This document shows positions 57,194 to 59,157 of a stretch of DNA of 59,157 nucleotides, piece by piece. The first letter of the stretch is position 1. Every line of letters begins with the position of its first letter. Source of the DNA: a virus (lineage: Duplodnaviria; Caudoviricetes); IMG/VR virus record IMGVR_UViG_3300036782_000077, positions 1-59,157 of that record. One strand, given 5' to 3'. Below the pieces are notes generated by a model. That model was not told where the DNA came from and ran no database searches. It saw only the letters and a program-made list of their open reading frames with translations. The translations under genes and the position numbers were made by a program.

Positions 57194-58030
57194 GTGACCA
57201 CGGACTTCCAAAGGGCCCGTCAGGGTCTCGGCGCTCGGCTACGCGAGCTGCGCGCCGGGAGGACCGGACGGGCCCTCGCCGAACAGCTGGGGTGGCCGCA
57301 GTCGAAGGTCTCCAAGTTGGAGACCGGCCGTCAGACTGCCACCGCGGACGACCTCCTGGCGTGGGCGGAGGCCACCGGGCACCCCGAGGTTGCGGACGAA
57401 CTCCTCGCTCGCCTCCAGGGGCTGGAGTCTCGCTCCCGCGCGTGGCGGCGGCAGCTGAAGGCCGGGCATCGCCCGGTGCAGGATGCCCTCACCGTGGAGT
57501 ACGAGCGGTCCTCCGTGCTACGGGCGTGGGAGCCCGCCATGGTCGTGGGGATGCTCCAGACACCGGACTATGCCCGCGCGATCTTCACCCGGTACTCCGC
57601 GCTGCACCAGACCATTCGCGACACGGACGACGCTGTACGTGCTCGCGTCCGCCGCCAGGAGCTGCTGTACCAGCCTGGCCGAACCTGGCACATCCTCATG
57701 TGGGAAGCCGCACTGCACACGCGGGTGTGCGAGCCACCCATCCTCGCCGCGCAGCTTGACCGGCTCTCTGGCGTAGTCGGGCTCGACGCGGTGCACCTCG
57801 GCATCGTGCCTCTCTGTGCCGATCTGTCCGTCCCGCCGGCCAACGGGTTCTGGCTGTACGACTCCAGGCTCGTGATCGTCGAGGACTGGCACGCTGAGCA
57901 CTGGCTGGACGACGCGGAAAGCGTTGCTGTGTACCGGCGCGTGTGGGACACCGTCGCCGAGGCCGCGGTCTACGGGCCCCGCGCCCACCGGCTGATTGCC
58001 CGCGCTCGCGCCCGACTTGAGCTCGGGTAG
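57194..58030 (+). CDS. XRE HTH plus DUF5753-type regulator
   Basis: LGARLRELR..LA..LGW..SKVSKLETG; GMLQTPDYA, R.RRQ, EAAL. Confidence 0.88.
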   Translation: MTTDFQRARQGLGARLRELRAGRTGRALAEQLGWPQSKVSKLETGRQTATADDLLAWAEATGHPEVADELLARLQGLESRSRAWRRQLKAGHRPVQDALTVEYERSSVLRAWEPAMVVGMLQTPDYARAIFTRYSALHQTIRDTDDAVRARVRRQELLYQPGRTWHILMWEAALHTRVCEPPILAAQLDRLSGVVGLDAVHLGIVPLCADLSVPPANGFWLYDSRLVIVEDWHAEHWLDDAESVAVYRRVWDTVAEAAVYGPRAHRLIARARARLELG

Positions 58031-58069
58031 GCATTTCAGGGAATCTGTCGCTTCGGCCGGAGAATATTC

Positions 58070-58095
58070 GAGAATCACGCGGGACAGTGATTCTC
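58070..58095. promoter_or_regulatory. inverted-repeat operator candidate
   Basis: GAGAATCAC-N8-GTGATTCTC upstream of -10 TACGGT (58105); extra GAGAAT at 58060. Confidence 0.55.
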
Positions 58096-58117
58096 TGGCC
58101 TCCCTACGGTGCAGGTC

Positions 58118-58573
58118 ATGGCTACACGGACACCGGCGGGGGCGATTAGACAGGCTGGCGAGCATTGGCTCGCGGGCTGCGCCCCTCATGCGAAGTCAGT
58201 TCACCGGCGCTGGGAAGCGGAGAGGCTGGCAGTCATCCCGGCTGGCCGGCACTGGGATGTGGTGGAGGCACCACTGGTGCGGTCCGTCGAGATCATGCCG
58301 CAGATCCGTGTCGGCGCGCTGGGGCCAGTGCTCGCGTGCACCCGATCAGGGCGGGCATGGTGGCTGGTGCCGCTGGAGACCGGGGAGCAGGTTGACGACA
58401 TCCCGGGGGTGACGGTCCTGCCGAGTGGCACGCCGCTGTTGTGCCCGCCGCCCGTGGATTCGCTGGACGGCCGGACCTGGCTGGTACGCCCGGACGGGTC
58501 CGGGCAACTGACTGACCCTGTCCAGCTCGGTGCGGCCTTCGGGCCGGGTGGTGAACTCGTGGAGGATCGATGA
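58118..58573 (+). CDS. hypothetical protein
   Basis: WLA.C, AG..WDVV, LGPVL, WWLVP, WL..PDGSG.LTDP. Confidence 0.65.
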   Translation: MATRTPAGAIRQAGEHWLAGCAPHAKSVHRRWEAERLAVIPAGRHWDVVEAPLVRSVEIMPQIRVGALGPVLACTRSGRAWWLVPLETGEQVDDIPGVTVLPSGTPLLCPPPVDSLDGRTWLVRPDGSGQLTDPVQLGAAFGPGGELVEDR

Positions 58574-58737
58574 TGACCTGCTGCCGTTGCGATCAGCTGA
58601 TCAGGCGCGATGAGGCGTATACGCAGTACGTCCACGACCGTGCGTCGGGGCCGCCGGTGGTCACTTATTCACACGCGCATCTGTGCAGGAGAGCGTACGT
58701 TCAGTCTGCGCCGGTAAGTCGGCCCCGGTCCCGGTAA
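58570..58737 (+). CDS. 55-aa zinc-binding micro-protein
   Basis: GGAGG RBS, ATGA overlap; MMTCCRCDQLI...SG....H..LC. Confidence 0.6.
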   Translation: MMTCCRCDQLIRRDEAYTQYVHDRASGPPVVTYSHAHLCRRAYVQSAPVSRPRSR

Positions 58738-58852
58738 CGAGGTCCGCGAGAAGGGTTTCCAGCACGTCGGGGATCCAGTTCAGCGGGATGGGCTCAGCGG
58801 TGTTCGCGTATCTGCCGCTGGCCACTCTTGGCTCTGATTCGGTCAGGGCCGT

Positions 58853-58892
58853 CCGCCCCACCCCCGCACCGGGGTGGGGCGGTATGTTTTTT
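58853..58892 (+). terminator. intrinsic terminator
   Basis: CCGCCCCACCCC-N6-GGGGTGGGGCGG-TATGTTTTTT. Confidence 0.8.
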
Positions 58893-59094
58893 GTTGAGCG
58901 GTCCCCGCTGACTGGATCGGCGGGGACCGCTACCTGCGGGCCGGGCCTCCCCGCCCGAGCGTCGCAGGATCGCGACGAGCGCGTATTTGGCGCGTGTGGG
59001 GAGTTACGCCATCCCTCGTCCCGCCGGCAACTGTAGAAGGCATCGGTCTGCTTCGCGCCCCAAATGGTTGATCCACTTCGGCGAGGTCGTGGGG

Positions 59095-59116
59095 ATGTGG
59101 ACTCTATGTGGACTCT
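59095..59116 (+). repeat. integrase arm-type sites, right (ATGTGGACTCT x2)
   Basis: Perfect tandem 11-mer identical to 2627-2637. Confidence 0.75.
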
Positions 59117-59127
59117 GATCATGGAGC

Positions 59128-59157
59128 AGCCCCCTCGTTCGATTGAACGAGGGGGCT
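59128..59157 (-). terminator. 13-bp hairpin, probable phage-supplied terminator for the reconstituted tRNA
   Basis: AGCCCCCTCGTTC-GATT-GAACGAGGGGGCT at the window edge. Confidence 0.65.

Noticed and set aside
58661-59122. 153-aa minus-strand ORF near the right end
   Set aside because: Crosses a terminator and the arm sites, with no motif or RBS; at most a gene remnant

Overview
High-GC actinobacterial DNA, very probably Streptomyces. Positions 1-2450 are a decayed flank: an IS5-family element with TIRs and a TAA target duplication, plus pseudogenes of a membrane protein, a histidine phosphatase and an SDR. From 2451 to the window end (at least 56.7 kb) lies an apparently complete siphovirus-type prophage integrated in tRNA-Arg(CCT). 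The 3' tRNA half (att core) is at 2451-2493, matching ATGTGGACTCT arm-type sites sit at both ends, and the intact tRNA is inferred just beyond the right edge. Module order: tyrosine integrase; repressor/Cro/excisionase switch with an SOS-like box; YqaJ-RecT, methylase, DnaQ, RuvC-like; initiator with iterons; small early genes; WhiB; NERD; accessory genes (Mrr-like nuclease, TA pair, lipoprotein); a GntR/KorSA-headed membrane (spread-like) module; PP2C; a low-GC ETX/MTX2 pore-forming toxin; packaging, head and tail genes; GH25-LysM lysin and holin; DUF6879/XRE cassette. Best leads: (i) a PKD/Ig domain split by an in-frame stop between the major tail protein and a PKD-repeat protein, with the missing strands present twice on the tail protein; (ii) a plasmid-like spread module with membrane-anchored DNA-binding proteins, clt-like repeats and genome-wide CCGGACA clusters but no TraB ATPase; (iii) a four-copy late promoter motif plus a two-copy 20-nt leader element; (iv) TTA (bldA) codons in the lysin, tape measure and toxin genes. 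All protein calls come from motif recognition by eye; no database searches were run.
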